A DNA stretch of 64,000 nucleotides. It comes from Marsupella aquatica (taxonomy: Eukaryota; Plantae; Marchantiophyta). This document shows positions 13,901 through 25,924 of the stretch, piece by piece (within the stretch, counting starts at the first letter, position 1; every line of letters starts with the position of its first letter). Both the position numbers and the translations under genes were made by a program. Location: assembly GCA_973895155.1 (NCBI GenBank), contig OZ316891.1, forward strand, positions 17,077,651 to 17,141,650. Direction: 5' to 3'. The notes beneath the pieces were generated by a model, which searched no databases, was not told where the DNA came from, and saw only the letters and a list, made by a program, of their open reading frames with translations.

Positions 13901-15566
13901 CCAACATGTTTGGGGGAAACCATCGATGAGCTTGAGGCCGAGACCTGACCTGATGATTGAGCTGAGTTTAGTGGAGAAACCTGAGTTAGGAGATGAGCCA
14001 CCGAAAAACACTTTTGTAATCCCGAACCAAACTTCATATTTTTGAAAATGATTGAAATAAAAAGTTGAGTTTGGATTATTTTATGTGATCGAAATGATGA
14101 AATGCTCTTGTGGTAAAAATGTTTAATTGTTATGGAAATGTGAGTGATGCATCGAATTTAGATGTAAGTAGAAATTTAGTGTTTTAAGTTAAAATAGCTT
14201 AGTGTAATTTTGTATTTAAAATGGAAACTGATTAGGATTAAGAAAGATTAAACCAACTTAAGAAAATACTATGTAAAATCCAAGTCCCTAAAAGTATTAA
14301 AAAGTTTACTTTTATACCGCTTTAAACTGGTCCCCGGACAACGGCGGGTTGCGGGGCCGGGGTAGCAGGACTTGCAGCTGCCAGACTTCGGGCCTCGGGC
14401 TGCGGTCGCCTTACCTGGGCTGGGAACACCCATTTTGGCGGGGTCAGCTCGGGCTCATTGACACGCGGGAGGCTCCGGCGGTCGAAACGAGCGTACCACT
14501 CGAGGATGATTTCGACGTGGCTAGCGAAGTACGCCCTCCCACCAAGGTACAAAGTCTTCCTTCTCCGCTCCATCTCCTTGTGGAACTTCTTGACAAAGAA
14601 GGACGCCCACTTCCTGGGCCAATAGTTCTCCACCTGGATGACCTGAGTGGCCGATATTTCTCCTCTAGGTTCCATCATGTGGAGGGCATACCGCTGGAAC
14701 TCTAGGCGTTCTGCTACCTCCGGAATGAGGCACGTCCTCATTAAGAACCCATTGTCCACTACCCCTTCGGCCGGGAAGCTAGATGACTAGTATTTAGCTC
14801 CCTTGCCCCCAGGAGCCCGCGACTCTACCCGGTTTATCCCCTCGGGTAAGCCAAAAATCATCTTCAGACGTGCCTCATCGAGACACATCACTCTCCCATG
14901 CGCTCGGGTTTGTTGACGGGCCTCATCGAAGTCCCAAATGAACTCCGTCATATCCTGCCCGTAATACCTGCTTCCGTTCCAAGGGAGAGAGGCGAGGTGC
15001 TCAAACCCCTGGGTCTTCAGATAGCATGCATGCTTGGGGTGGAGGATGTTCTTGTGAATGTTGTCCCTCATGCGATGCATGGTCAGCTTGGCTACCGCAA
15101 TCATTGATGGTAGAGTTGCCATGAAGTTCTGCAAGTGCCGGTGGAGGTTTTCCGACGCAAGTGAAGATGGTCCTGTCAACCAGGTAGTGTTGAACTCGCA
15201 ATTGATGATAGCCCGGACCCGAGCGAGGATGTGGTCGAAGTGGTGCCGCTGTAAGTCAATCGTGCCCGGAATATTGAAGACCTCGTCCGGAAGCCGAAGC
15301 AGTGCCTCCCAGAAGCCGATGTATTTGCCTCCATCAAAGAAGTACCCTGATACCTCTTCGGGTTGGTAAAGCTTGCTCTGGGATGGGTACTCAAAGTTGA
15401 GGAGATAGTGGTGGCGGCCTGCTAGGCGGATGGCTCTCTCATATTCGCATTCGATCTCATATCGGCGTGGATTGGCGTGTTTCAATGAGTCGGCCAAGTG
15501 CCCTCCGATCGACAAGAACTGAGTCCAGAATCGTATGGCCAAACTGGAAAGGATCATGTGCGACAT
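10903..15566 (-). pseudogene. LTR-embedded ORF of family D, split by the 11770-14323 insertion
   Basis: 14787-15566 and 14322-14759 are in frame across a stop. Removing the insertion restores ..RGPVSHPDD... The ORF continues through 11307-11606 to the coiled coil at 10903-11238. Homologous to the B and C LTR ORFs. Confidence 0.8.
11770..14323. mobile_element. Unclassified degenerate 2.55-kb insertion flanked by AAA
   Basis: Interrupts the D ORF. AAA at 11767-11769 and 14324-14326. Strongly purine-rich plus strand, no long ORF. Confidence 0.6.
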
Positions 15567-16443
15567 TCAAGGGAGATAGCAGGTGACTAAGGGAAAGCGA
15601 GAGAGCTGGGATCAAAGCTGGCGCATGGACTGGAGAGCTTGGTGCACTGCAAAGGATCGGCCCCGCTTTTATACCCTAAGAGCTCGTCGCTCGTCCGATG
15701 CCTCCTCGTTGATTATAGGTTGAGCCTTTCACGCTTGCAGTGTACCGGCCCCTTCTCCAGTCCGGGTCAGCTCGTGTTAGTGGCCACCTCCCGGAGTTTG
15801 TTATACGGACCCGAGGGAGGGGGGAAAAGGGCCCATTACACGCTCGCAACCCAGGCGTGCGAATGGCGACCCGCCGCCAGCCCGAACATGAATTCCCCTT
15901 ATTGACTAATGATTTCCTACTCATAATGGCTACCTAAATACTGTTGTTATGCTAATAATAACGGCCTAAGATACCCCTAACGCGCATGCTAAGCGCGGTT
16001 AGACCAAATTACTCATTACCCGTCGTACCAGCGGTGTCACACTTGCGGGCACGCAGCCTTACGCTGGGCCCTCCACTTGGCTCCCCACGGCTCGCGGGCT
16101 CCTCCTCCCTGGCTGACTCCACCTGGCGCCCCACGGCTTGCGGGCTCCTCCTCCCTGGCTGACTCCTCCATATTACACTGGGACCAAGAAAAACTGTCGG
16201 GGTCTCCAAATATTAATTGGTGGTATCCCCTTAAGATGCCTAATTTTCTTCTCCCACAACGACAAGACCCAAGAGAGCAAAGGGTCAATTAAAAAAAATA
16301 GTTCCTCCCGGGTTCAAATAGCTCCGGCCCTCCAAAGCAACATGAACACACATTGGGATGATTAACTTTTAAGAAATTAAGAAAAATTGAAAAACTCTTG
16401 TGTATATTGGCTTATTTATTTACATGCATCTTGCCAATAACAC

Positions 16444-19400
16444 CTAATGGTGACATTTTGAGACGGGGACCCCGTCACATAGCTCCTCTCTTAATTGCGA
16501 AGCGCCCCCGCGAGCACCACACTCCTCCTCCGTGTAGTACTGCTTCAGTCGTTCTTGATTAATCCGTGTGTTGAGTAGCTGCCCTTCCAGCGTCTTGAGC
16601 TGAACCGACCCATTGGAGTAGACCGCATCGACAACGTAGGGCCCCATCCAACATGTATGTAGCTTCCCCAGGAAATGCATGAAACGATTGTCATAGAGAA
16701 GCACCAAATCTCCCTCCTCAATGGACACACGGCGGAGATGAGAATCGTAGTGCAACTTCCGTTTGCCTTGCTGTTGCTCCGTACGCGTCAAAGCCTCCTC
16801 TTGTACCTCCGTAAGTTGCTCCAACTATTGGATCCGTGCAGCTACACTACTTTCGTTCCCTTCCCTTTCTCGTGTTAAGATTCGAATGGTGGGAACCTCA
16901 AATTCCACCGGCACAAGAGAATGTTTACCAAACACAAGGAAGTAGGGGTTGTGGCCAGTGGTGGTCTTGTGAGCCAGGTTGTAGGCGTACGTAGCAGCCA
17001 GCAACTTCAAATCCCAATCCGTCTTGTGAGCTGATACCATCTTATTAAGGATCTTGCCCATGATCCCATTTGCTCTCTCCGTGAGCCCATTGGCTCGTGG
17101 ATGGTACGGAGTGGTTTTCCTATGTGAGATCAAGTAGTTCTCCGTCAAACGCTCAATCGTATGATTGAGAAAGTGAGTACCCCTGTCACTCACAAGCTCC
17201 AAGGGTGGCCCAAACCGTGTGAAAATCTGCTCGTACAAGAACCGTGTAGTGGTGTTGGCATCATCCTTTGTTGTTGCCCTGGCCTCCACCCACTTGGTGG
17301 CATAGTCCGTGGCCAATATGATATAGCCTTTCCTCCCCCTCCGTGTAATGGGAGTGAAGGGACCAATGAAATCAACCCCCCACTTCTCAAATGGTGCAAG
17401 GGGAAGTATGGGCACCAATGGGTGCCGGGAGGAGGGCCCTGGTTTGCCTTGGCGTTGGCAGGGGTCACATCTTTGGATGTAACGGTGTACATCCCGAAAA
17501 AGAGTTGGCCACCAATATCCAGCATCTAGTATCTTCCTTGCTGTAGTCTCCCGTGCAAAGTGGCCACCAGCTTCCTCCTCATGTAGTGCCGCCATGACTG
17601 TACGTATCTCAGCCTCCTCCAAACAACGACGAAGGTGTCCATCCATCCCATATTTGTGAAGTACTCCCTTCACAAGCAAGTAGGGCCCCGTTTTACATAA
17701 GAACACTGTTGCACGTTCCGGACCCAACCGTAATGGAACCCTGGCCGTACGGAGAAATTCAAGAATTTCTCCATACCAAGTAGTGGACTCCGTAGTCACC
17801 TTGAAGACTTCTTCATCGGGAAAACGATCATCAATCTCATGGGAGTCAGATGCTCCCTCAATACGGGAGAAGAAGTCTGCATTGCTGTGACTCTTCCCAG
17901 ATCTCACCCTCACCTCATAGTTGAGCTCCTGCAATAATAGAACCCAACGTGCAATTCTCCCCAACAAGTCTGGCTTGTTGACCATGTACTTCAAACTATT
18001 GTGATCCGTGTGGAACACAACCTTGTAACCCAGCAAATAATGACGATACTTCTTACAAGCGTAAATGATACCAAGAGCCTCCCTATCGGTGGGTGAGTAG
18101 TTCTTCTCTACCGGGGCCAACTGCCTACTGGCAAAGTAGATGGGATGATCCCTCCCATCATCATCCAATTAACTCAAGATGGCACCAATGCAAAATCCTG
18201 ATACGTCTACGTAAACATGGAACTCCTTATTCCAATTAGGCGTAATGAGTACAGGAGCCTCTAGCAAACATTTTTTCAATTCATCAAAAGCAACTTGTCG
18301 GGAAGGAGTAGGTTCAAATTCACTTCCCTTCTTCAACATGGATGTGAGTGGCATGGCTACCTTGGCAAAGTCCTTGATGAAGCGTCGATAGTAGCCAACA
18401 CACCCCAAGAACCCTCTCACTTCCTTCACGTTTTTGGGAACGAGACTGCTACCCACACCGCCACCTTCTCACAATCAACTTCAATTCCACGAGCAGACAC
18501 CTTGTGGCCCAATAGGATTCCCTCCTCAATTCCAAAGAAACATTTTTCAGGATGTAGCTTCAAGCAAGTCTCCCGGCACCGCTGAAAAGTCAACCGTAAA
18601 TGTCCAGGGTGCTTGATTTGTTTGCCATAGACAACAAAGTCATCAATAAAGATCTCCAAGAACCTCCATAAAAAGTCATGAAATATATTCATCATGAGTT
18701 GTTGAAACATGTCAGGGGCATTGCACAACCCAAACGACAATCTACGGAATGCAAAAATCCCCCACTCCGTAGTGAAAGCCGTCTTGAGTTGATCCTCCTC
18801 CCGTATCCAAATTTGATTGTATCCAGAGTAGCCATCTAGGAAGCTATAAATCTCCCAACCAGCCACCATATCCAACACAATATGAGTAAACGGTAGCGGG
18901 TAGTGATCCTTCTTGGTGGCGTCATTCAGCTTCCAAAAATCTTGGCACACCCGTATCTTCACCTTACCGTCTGGCCCCTTCTTCTTGGGCACAATCACGA
19001 TGGGTGATACCCACTCACTATGCATGACCGGATAAATGAATCCTGCATCCAACAGACGGTCAATCTCCTCCTTCACCATGAGTGAATACTTGGGATTGAG
19101 ACGGTATTGGCGTTGCCTCACCGGCCGGGCTCCAAACATCAAGTCAATGTTGTGCTCACCAAACTCAGGTGGCACTCCCTTCAAATCTTGGTGGCTCCAC
19201 ACAAATATGTCTTGGTACTCTTTTAGCAACTCTTGAATAGTGCGTTGCTCCGTAGCATCCAGCTTGCTACCAATGTTGAGTGTCTTGCCTTCACCCACCT
19301 CCACCTTTGTGTACTGCTTCGGCCTGATCACATCCAGCTTGTTACGTGTCTCCTCATCAAAGGTCTCCTCCAGCCGTGCTAGTCGCATTCCTCCATACAC

Positions 19401-21201
19401 CAATGCATCATTATCCTGCTGGTCTGGCTGAGTTGGGGGTGGGTCTTTTGTCACATGGGCCATCATTTCTTCCACGTCAGATTCTTTGTAATGTGACAGT
19501 AGCTCCTCTCTAAATTCTTCATCCAAGAGGTCATTCAGCCAACCCACCCTCTGATCATCGTCAAACAGGATGGCTTGAGCTTCCCGCCTCTCCTCCGCTG
19601 TTCAATCCTCCTCATGAGTATCAACAAGTTGGGCCACTGGTGGTGTAGGGGGCTCTTCTATGGTTTTCCTCTGCACAACACAACGTTGGTCAAGTGGTGC
19701 CTCCGTAATTCTCTCCTCATAGGTAGCAGCTTGTGGACCAAAGACATCTTCCTCCGTCAAATGAGAAATCAGCTTCACCATGTATACTTCATCCTCGTCC
19801 TCATCTGAGGTGACCTCTGAATCATATTGCTCCTCCATAGAGGTAGTCTCCCCTTGAGGTGACTCCGCTGACCAGGGAATGGTAATAGTGGGGGTACCAA
19901 ACCGAAACTGCCGTTTGCCCCAATCACTTGTGACCTTGGCCACATACAACCATGGCCTGCCAATTAAGATGGGAAAACCGTATGGCCGAACGGGTCGCAT
20001 CACCAAATAGTTGAGGGGAAAAGATTTTCCCCAATCATTGTTGGAATCTTGGTGAGACACCCCAATGGCACCACCCGTGCCCCATCAGCCAGCCTCATGG
20101 CACGTGCTGGTGGCTCCAACTCCGTATATCCCAATCGATTGGTTGTCTCCTCAATCATGATGTTGACTCCCAAGCCGCCATCCACCGGTACAAACCGTAT
20201 TGCACATCCGTTGATGTCTATTGTGAGTTCTGGGGCTCCCAAATCCTCTGTGACCCAATTGACTTGTATGGGGTCAATCCCAACTTTGGGTAACCTTCTT
20301 CTACGTCTCCTCCCCATAAGAATCTCCTTGACTTGGCGGCGGTAGAGGGAGCTATCACGTAGCAGTTGACCAATCGTGGCAGTGACCGGACAATCTAGAA
20401 TGTCTTGAGCAATGTTGTATGCAGTTGCAAGAGGTATGGGTGGGATGACCTCCTCTCTTGGCTTCCAACGAACAGCCTTCTCCTCCGCTTTCTTTCTGGC
20501 CTTTGCCTCCTCCATGTCTTTGTCGATGGCCGCTTGCATTGCTTGTGCTTCTAGCTCCTCCAACTGCTTACGTACTTCTTCCCCCACCTTGGGGTAAAAC
20601 AACTTGGGGTTATCCCGGTCAAAGTCACTATCCTCCATAGGTGGCACCTCCGGTTTGTGGGATGTGCCTAATGTGGAAGCTTGATGCACCTCCTTATACT
20701 TTTGCTTGACTACAGATTTATCCTTCTTCTTCCCGGATCTAGTAGAGACCCGGTAACAAGAGTAATGCCTCCTCTCATCGTCGCTGTCCTCCTCCGGTAG
20801 ATTGTCCATGTGAGTCCACTCATGACTTGGTGACCGTGTGTGCTCAACAACTTCTGAAGTGACAACAACAACCAAAGGTGCCTCCACAACTGGAGATACT
20901 ACAACGACTGATGGTACTGACTCCTCCTTGATGGTGACCAGCCTCTGCTTGGGAACGTCCACTACGGGCTTTTCTCATTTGGTGACCAACCCCTTTGTAG
21001 GGGTGATCACAAGCGGGTCAACTGCTTCCGTAGTGAGAAAGTTGACGTTGGCTTCTTTGAGAGGGGGTGGTGGTCCCTTCTTCTCCGGTCCTCCAACTTG
21101 TTGAGCCTTGAACGCTTCCAATGTTGGGCAGTGTGGTGCAAGATGACCCTCCCCCTTGCACAATTGACACAACCGGGAAAAATCTCCATTCCCTTGACGT
21201 G
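16444..21201 (-). pseudogene. pol: A gag C-terminus and pol (third zinc knuckle, protease, RT, RNase H, integrase), disrupted
   Basis: CQLCKGEGHLAPHC; protease VPVDGG; RT SFLDGYSGYNQI and FIDD; RNase H YVDVSG and HTDH; integrase H..H..CDPC, VDFIG, SDRG, ERAN; GPY. Several stops and frameshifts. Confidence 0.95.
16483..16492 (-). other. Polypurine tract of A
   Basis: Minus strand AAGAGAGGAG-CTA immediately precedes the 3' LTR start TGTGACGG; same layout as the B PPT. Confidence 0.85.
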
Positions 21202-24200
21202 TGTGATGCCTAGACAGGAATCACTCGGCCGGTTAAGTGGGTAAAGCAGGAAGGCACCCTAGGAACACCTTAGTATAGTGACAAAACAAGGAAAAAATAA
21301 ACAATTAGGGGCAACCATGGAACCCGGGCAGAGGCCGGAGGTAAGGCTGAGGGTGAAAACCCGATTAGGGTTAGGGCACGTTAAGCGTCGGCGGCTAGGA
21401 AGGATCAACGGGAAGAAGGACCGGCAGAGGAGAGGGGTAAGGAGCGCTTGCAGGAGATGGTGGCTCATTTGCAAGCACGAACTAGGCAGACGACTACGGG
21501 AGGCCAACTACTGTCAGCTGCTTAGGCAAGCACTCGGGGAGAGAGTAGATACCGACGATCGACCTAAGGAGGGTATGAGCAACGTCAATCAAGCGGCACA
21601 TTTCTGGGGATGCCTGTTCGAACGGGCAACTGAGTACATCAAGACTTACGAGGACAAGGAGTCAGAAAGGGCAGCTCGAGAACGGCAGGAGCTCGCTCGA
21701 TTGTGGGAGCTGCAGAAGACGGCTTTCTTAGGAGGCGAACTCATCAAGGACGAGTTCCTGTGGACGCCTACTTCCAATCAACTCGACGATCTTCTGTTTT
21801 GCAAAGACAGCGTCGTCGGCATCCGAGAGGCCATCAAGAACTGCAACGACATACACTGGGAATTAAAGGGTAGCACGGAAAGGTGGACCCAGGCAACGGT
21901 GCTAGGAGAAACCTCTACGGCAGCAAAGATGAAGAGGAAGGGAGCCGTCAATGATGAAGCCACCCCGGCAAAAAGAACGAGGTCGGCGGCACCAAAGAAG
22001 CCAGCCGAGCAGCAGAGCAGGAGGCAGGGAGAAGCCGAAGAGGAGGAGGTCGATCCCATCAAGGCCATTCCAACCAGGGATGACACCTGGAAGGGCTGGG
22101 CGGCAACCCTACCGGTGGAGGTGCAACTACATTTTGCACGGGAGGAGGATGCATGCTTTACGGCCATGCAGACCAAGAAGTACCAAGGCTTCATGGCCGG
22201 ATCCGGCTTGGAGGCCTTTGTAAGATTACCATGGCTGAAGCCGGAGGTACCGGAGTCAGACCTATTAGAATTCGTGGGGTCATGGGAACCCGAGACCAAT
22301 TGCACGAGGATATATGGGAAGGATTTCTATCTTACTCCCAAGGTGATTGCCGAAGTGTTTGGCTTGCCGATAGGCAATAAGACCAAAGTTGATACCAGGA
22401 AGACCTTGCCTGACAAGGAGTTCCGGTCGTTCCCCGGGCCATCAATGAAGAATGGCTTCTTCCGGAACACCTGCACCAACCCGCGCATAGGAGAGATGAT
22501 CGACTTCTTGCGGGTGACCATGCATTATAACTTGCCGAGGGCAGAGATCGGCAAGGCACAGGTCTATCTGGCAGAAAGGCCAGACCCAAGCCGGGACTAC
22601 AACGGGTACCTCCTCAACCAATTGAAGAAGATCTTAAAGGAGGAGCAGCAGGTAATCGGCATGGGGAGCGTGTCGCGGCTTGGCTATCACATGCCGCTGT
22701 TGTGCCGGTATGCCAGAAGTCAGACTTTTGCCCCGGTACTTCCCCTGCAGGTAAGGGCACCCGAGGAAGCTCCAATGCCGAGGCCGTTGGCTGAGAAGCC
22801 TCAACCACCTGTTAGTCCTACGATCGAGCAGGTGTTTAGGCCCAGGAAGGAAGACTTGCCAATGCAGCAACCAGGCATGCAGAGTCTGCTGAAACTACTG
22901 GAGAAAGAAAAGAAATCGGCATCGGCAACAACAACGGCAACGGCAACAATGCAGGACACTACTACAGAGGTAGGCCTACACCGGCTCACAAGAGAAAACC
23001 CCTTTGCTGGAGACAAGGAGAGAATCAGGCCGGAATCCAAGCCAGGTGTTCGAATGTACGTGGGAACCTCAAGCTCCGAATCTGAGGCAGAATTGCCTGA
23101 AGCTCCTACCGACGAAGAGGAGAGGGAGAAGCCGGACGTCCAAGAGGTAGAGGAGGCAGTGGAGGACTGCAGCCATGATAATTCCGGCTATGGGTCGGAC
23201 CATCACGTTCCAGGAGTAAGGACCTGTGGCCGGTTTGTCCCCACACTTCCAAGGGTAGTGCGAGGGGACCCCAACCAGCAGAGTAGCCCTGAGTCTCCCC
23301 CACCAGATGTTGCTCCCCCGAGCTTCGACGACATAAAACAGACGGTGCAGGAATTTCAGGAGCGAATCAAGCAGGAGGAAGAGGCCGCCCTGGCTAAGGA
23401 AAAGGATTTACCAGGAGGAGATTGGCCGGAGGACATCAGGCGGCTAGCCGAAAAAGGAAGCAAACCTCTAGCCACGATTGAAGAGATCCGTAGGACGGCT
23501 TGGGAGCAGAGGCCACGATGGGCGATGCCGATCACTTCTACTTACTCCACCTACGCTAAGAATAGAGCCATGGAGTATGGTGAGATGTGTGGGGAACTTG
23601 CGCTCGGCATCTTTGGAGAGGAGTTGGAGGTACGACCCTTTTTCCATAGGGAGCAGTTGGAGAAGCACCAATTAGAAGAAGCGATGGCTTTAGAGAGAAG
23701 CAAGAAGGACGAGGTCATTCGGCGGCTTAGGAGGATGGGAGCCGAGATTAAAGATCTAAGGGCGGCCAAGAAAGCCCAAGATGAACTGCGGATTAAACGA
23801 CATGAGCTGAACATCATGCAGGGGCAGTTGGACGCCGCGCAGGCTGATAATCAGAATATCAAGGATAAACTGACTCAGACGCAGGAAGAGTTGGCCGACA
23901 CGATCAAAGAGAGGGAAAAGTGGAAGCAAGAGCTGAAGAATACAGAGGAGGCCCACATAACAGCCAACAGCCGGGCCATGGCGGAGACCCAAAGAAAGGA
24001 ATGGGCGTTGAAAGGGGAGCTCGAGAAAATCCGCGGAGCCCTTGAGCAGAAGGAGGTCGAGTTAGGGAAATCCTATCAAGGGATTATGGCGCTGCAGCAG
24101 GAGCTTGCGTCCCTGACGGCCAGCTTCAAGGCCGACCTAAGGGAGAAGGACGAGATGCTCGAACAGACTTACGCCAAGATGAACCAGATGGAGTCTGTCA

Positions 24201-25855
24201 TCATTGCAGAGCTCGACAAGGAGCTAAGAGCAACCCAGGAGGAGAGGGCTACCTTGAAGAAGGAATTGGAGGAAGCCCACAGGGAGCAGGAGGAGGCCAA
24301 AAACGAGCTGGAGGGGGCACGTAAGGACCTGGATGAAACCCAAGAGGAGTTGGAGGAAATCACGAGGAAGATGGAGAACCTACAGCGGCGGGCCGACAAC
24401 CAAACAGAGCGGCTGAAGAAACAAGTCGCAGTATTTAAATGCTTAGCTGCAGCAGGTCCATCTCCCGTTGGGACAAACCAGTTACCAGGGGTGGTAATTG
24501 CCGAAGGACAAGCCGCGTCAACTGCACCAGTGCCGGAAGTAAGTGGGAAGGGGAAGGGACCAGCTGCCGAGCCACCAACGAAGAAGAAGCGGAAACCTTC
24601 AGGGTCAAGGAGTAATACGACTTCACAGGCCGTGGTGATCAAGGAGGTAGACCCAGCACCGACCCCTGACAGGGTCACGGCTAAGGATCCAACTACCCTA
24701 GGGGAAGAAGAGGCCGAAGCCGAGGGAGTGGCTGAAGCCGTGGGAGTGGCTGAGGCCGAAGCCGCGGGTATTGCCGAGGCCGGTGTCGAGGCTGAAGCCG
24801 AAGGTGGACCCAGTCAGGCCGATGGAGAGTTGACTCGGTCAAGGGCAGGTAATCTGTCAGTAGGCGGGCCAACGGCAGTGGCTGAGGAGGAAGTGTTGGG
24901 GGCGTCCATTGAGGATCCACCACCGGTGTCGTGACGGTGCAAGGGCGCCATTCCTTTTAGGGAAGGCGGACGTGGAGGGAGGAGGCGTGAGTGGGCAGGG
25001 CGGGCGCGGATCTCCACGTTTAGGATTAGGATCAGAACCAGGAGCGGCCCTGACACTTAGCTTAGTGGGATTGCGGTCCCACTGGTAGGAGCAACACTTG
25101 TGCTCCTGCCTTGCTGTACATAGGTAGATTCGGGCAAGTAGATTACTGTTAAGTAGATTAGGCTTACGATGCAAAGAATGGCGGATCCACTACCAGGATA
25201 AGTACCTGGGCAGCGGGGAGCTCAGGGCCTCTTCTTTAGCAAGTTTTTAGTTTGCACCAGCCGGGCTGGGATCAAGTAGTACGAGAAGCTCTCGGTTAGT
25301 CATACAGTGACCCTTGTGTATATTCATGTTTCCTCATGCCTAAGAGCTGAATAGAGTTGGCCTCACGGCTTAGTTCGCAGAACTTGTGTATGAGATGTAC
25401 TGTTTGTATGGCAAGTGCATGGTATGACTCAGTCAGAATGAGTCATTTTGCTATTTGTGTGTCGCATTAACTTGTGTGAAGAGTGCCCACATCAACAGAA
25501 GGAAGGAAAGTAAGCAGGGGAGTGAGAGTTGGATGTGTCGAGCTGAGAGAGGTCTTAGCGGCTTAACCAAGCCTATTGGGGATCATTCCGGCGGCGGAAT
25601 CCAAACATACCTAACAAGACGGAGGGGAAGACAGGGGAAGACAGGGGAAGGCCTATATTAGGCCGGCTACGTATCTCATGACCCGATGAAGGATCTGTCC
25701 AGTATATGTGTGTAAAATGTTAATAGTAGTAGTAGAAGGTTAGCAGCGTCCCATGCCGCTAAGCCGCGGAAACGGCCTCGCCAAGCACGAAACCTGCGGG
25801 AATCGGCTTGAGCTGGGGGGTTTCTTGGGTTTAGGGAGCCATGGGACGCACCACA
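21202..25855 (+). repeat. 5' LTR of B (4654 bp)
   Basis: Direct repeat of 32080-36763 with roughly two dozen substitutions and a 30-bp indel; followed by the PBS. Confidence 0.96.
21317..24934 (+). CDS. LTR-encoded protein, about 1205 aa from the first ATG (ORF open from 21278)
   Basis: Uninterrupted ORF wholly inside the LTR. Basic N-terminus, conserved central block (GLEAFVRLPW..LLEFVGSW..IYGKDFYLTPKVIAEVFGLP), long heptad coiled coil, KKKRK putative NLS, GVAEAEA repeats. Confidence 0.9.
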   Translation: MEPGQRPEVRLRVKTRLGLGHVKRRRLGRINGKKDRQRRGVRSACRRWWLICKHELGRRLREANYCQLLRQALGERVDTDDRPKEGMSNVNQAAHFWGCLFERATEYIKTYEDKESERAARERQELARLWELQKTAFLGGELIKDEFLWTPTSNQLDDLLFCKDSVVGIREAIKNCNDIHWELKGSTERWTQATVLGETSTAAKMKRKGAVNDEATPAKRTRSAAPKKPAEQQSRRQGEAEEEEVDPIKAIPTRDDTWKGWAATLPVEVQLHFAREEDACFTAMQTKKYQGFMAGSGLEAFVRLPWLKPEVPESDLLEFVGSWEPETNCTRIYGKDFYLTPKVIAEVFGLPIGNKTKVDTRKTLPDKEFRSFPGPSMKNGFFRNTCTNPRIGEMIDFLRVTMHYNLPRAEIGKAQVYLAERPDPSRDYNGYLLNQLKKILKEEQQVIGMGSVSRLGYHMPLLCRYARSQTFAPVLPLQVRAPEEAPMPRPLAEKPQPPVSPTIEQVFRPRKEDLPMQQPGMQSLLKLLEKEKKSASATTTATATMQDTTTEVGLHRLTRENPFAGDKERIRPESKPGVRMYVGTSSSESEAELPEAPTDEEEREKPDVQEVEEAVEDCSHDNSGYGSDHHVPGVRTCGRFVPTLPRVVRGDPNQQSSPESPPPDVAPPSFDDIKQTVQEFQERIKQEEEAALAKEKDLPGGDWPEDIRRLAEKGSKPLATIEEIRRTAWEQRPRWAMPITSTYSTYAKNRAMEYGEMCGELALGIFGEELEVRPFFHREQLEKHQLEEAMALERSKKDEVIRRLRRMGAEIKDLRAAKKAQDELRIKRHELNIMQGQLDAAQADNQNIKDKLTQTQEELADTIKEREKWKQELKNTEEAHITANSRAMAETQRKEWALKGELEKIRGALEQKEVELGKSYQGIMALQQELASLTASFKADLREKDEMLEQTYAKMNQMESVIIAELDKELRATQEERATLKKELEEAHREQEEAKNELEGARKDLDETQEELEEITRKMENLQRRADNQTERLKKQVAVFKCLAAAGPSPVGTNQLPGVVIAEGQAASTAPVPEVSGKGKGPAAEPPTKKKRKPSGSRSNTTSQAVVIKEVDPAPTPDRVTAKDPTTLGEEEAEAEGVAEAVGVAEAEAAGIAEAGVEAEAEGGPSQADGELTRSRAGNLSVGGPTAVAEEEVLGASIEDPPPVS

Positions 25856-25859
25856 TTTT

Positions 25860-25877
25860 TGGCGCTAGATGGAGGGG
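25860..25877 (+). other. Primer-binding site of B, complementary to the tRNA-Asn 3' end
   Basis: TGGCGCTAGATGGAGGGG, 4 nt after the LTR. One mismatch to the complement of plant tRNA-Asn(GUU) ..CCCTCCTTCTAGCGCCA (recalled, not searched). Confidence 0.8.
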
Positions 25878-25924
25878 GCATTTCTTAAGCCGTGAGATAT
25901 GAAGTTAGAACGGAAGCGTAGGTA

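Larger units (their letters stand above)
8632..16041 (-). mobile_element. Solo LTR D (about 3.5 kb net) carrying two secondary insertions
   Basis: TSD CTTGC at 8627-8631 and 16042-16046. Termini TATCACG (TG>TA)...TGTCACA. Left end similar to LTR C (GGCCTTAA..GAGGGTTCGGG). Confidence 0.85.
7098..16479 (-). repeat. 3' LTR of A (about 1.97 kb), interrupted by D at 8632-16041
   Basis: 7098-8631 and 16047-16479 match 43508-45492 collinearly. Includes ~46-bp tandem units at about 16060-16170. Confidence 0.93.

Noticed and set aside
21317-24934. LTR ORF as a retroviral envelope gene
   Set aside because: No signal peptide or clear hydrophobic transmembrane segment seen; the protein is highly charged with basic NLS-like patches.
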